Source: Gordius albopunctatus
Lineage: Eukaryota
Direction of reading: 5' to 3'
Length of the DNA stretch: 64,000 nt
Assembly: GCA_964276515.1 (NCBI GenBank)
Contig: OZ193910.1
Location: forward strand, 5,518,001-5,582,000
The position numbers were made by a program, and so were the translations under genes. Each line of letters starts with the position of its first letter. Position 1 is the first letter of the stretch. The notes below the pieces were generated by a model, which ran no database searches, had not been told where the DNA came from, and worked only from the letters and a program-made list of their open reading frames with translations. Shown here in pieces: positions 63,780 to 64,000 of the stretch.

Positions 63780-64000
63780 TCCTAATATATCTTATATGTA
63801 TATAAAAATGAAACTATGTGTGTGTGTGTATATATGCCGCCACCAATTTTGGAAAACTACCAGACCGATTTGGCTCAAAATTTCACAGTTTATTTCTGAC
63901 ACTCCTGAGCATGTTTTAAGATTTGTTCGAGCCAAATCGGTCCAGTAGTTTTCGAGTATTCGTACGCGTTGCAGTGTATACGGAAATAGAACAATAGAAG
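63780..64000 (+). mobile_element. 5' end of a second non-autonomous Helitron copy
   Basis: a|TCCTAATATAT...AAAAATGAAACTAT(GT)n; matches the reverse complement of 52630-52794. Confidence 0.65.

Overview
AT-rich, intron-rich animal genomic DNA; the organism cannot be identified from sequence alone. Host genes are a partial ORF of unknown function (<1-1468, +), RALGAPB (18223->2229, -), an apparently disrupted rhodopsin-like GPCR (-) and a glutamate carboxypeptidase II/NAALADase gene (60189->40553, -). About 80 bp upstream of the RALGAPB ATG is a nested transposon cluster (18304-33912): a P-element/THAP9-type DNA transposon containing a degenerate Gypsy LTR element and a GC-rich composite insertion (26094-32142). 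That insertion is the main finding. It derives from a compact ~2.8-kb retroelement with a small basic capsid/gag-like ORF overlapping an intact RT-RNase H ORF whose motifs resemble both DIRS and hepadnaviral polymerases. No tyrosine recombinase, integrase, endonuclease or protease is visible. It has an 18-nt terminal direct repeat, a TATA/Inr-like promoter after the pol stop, and a precise 3' end formed by two hairpins, present three times and facing outward at both insertion junctions. The remainder holds hAT, Harbinger, piggyBac-like, Helitron and Helentron/DINE-like non-autonomous elements and RTE-like LINE fragments.
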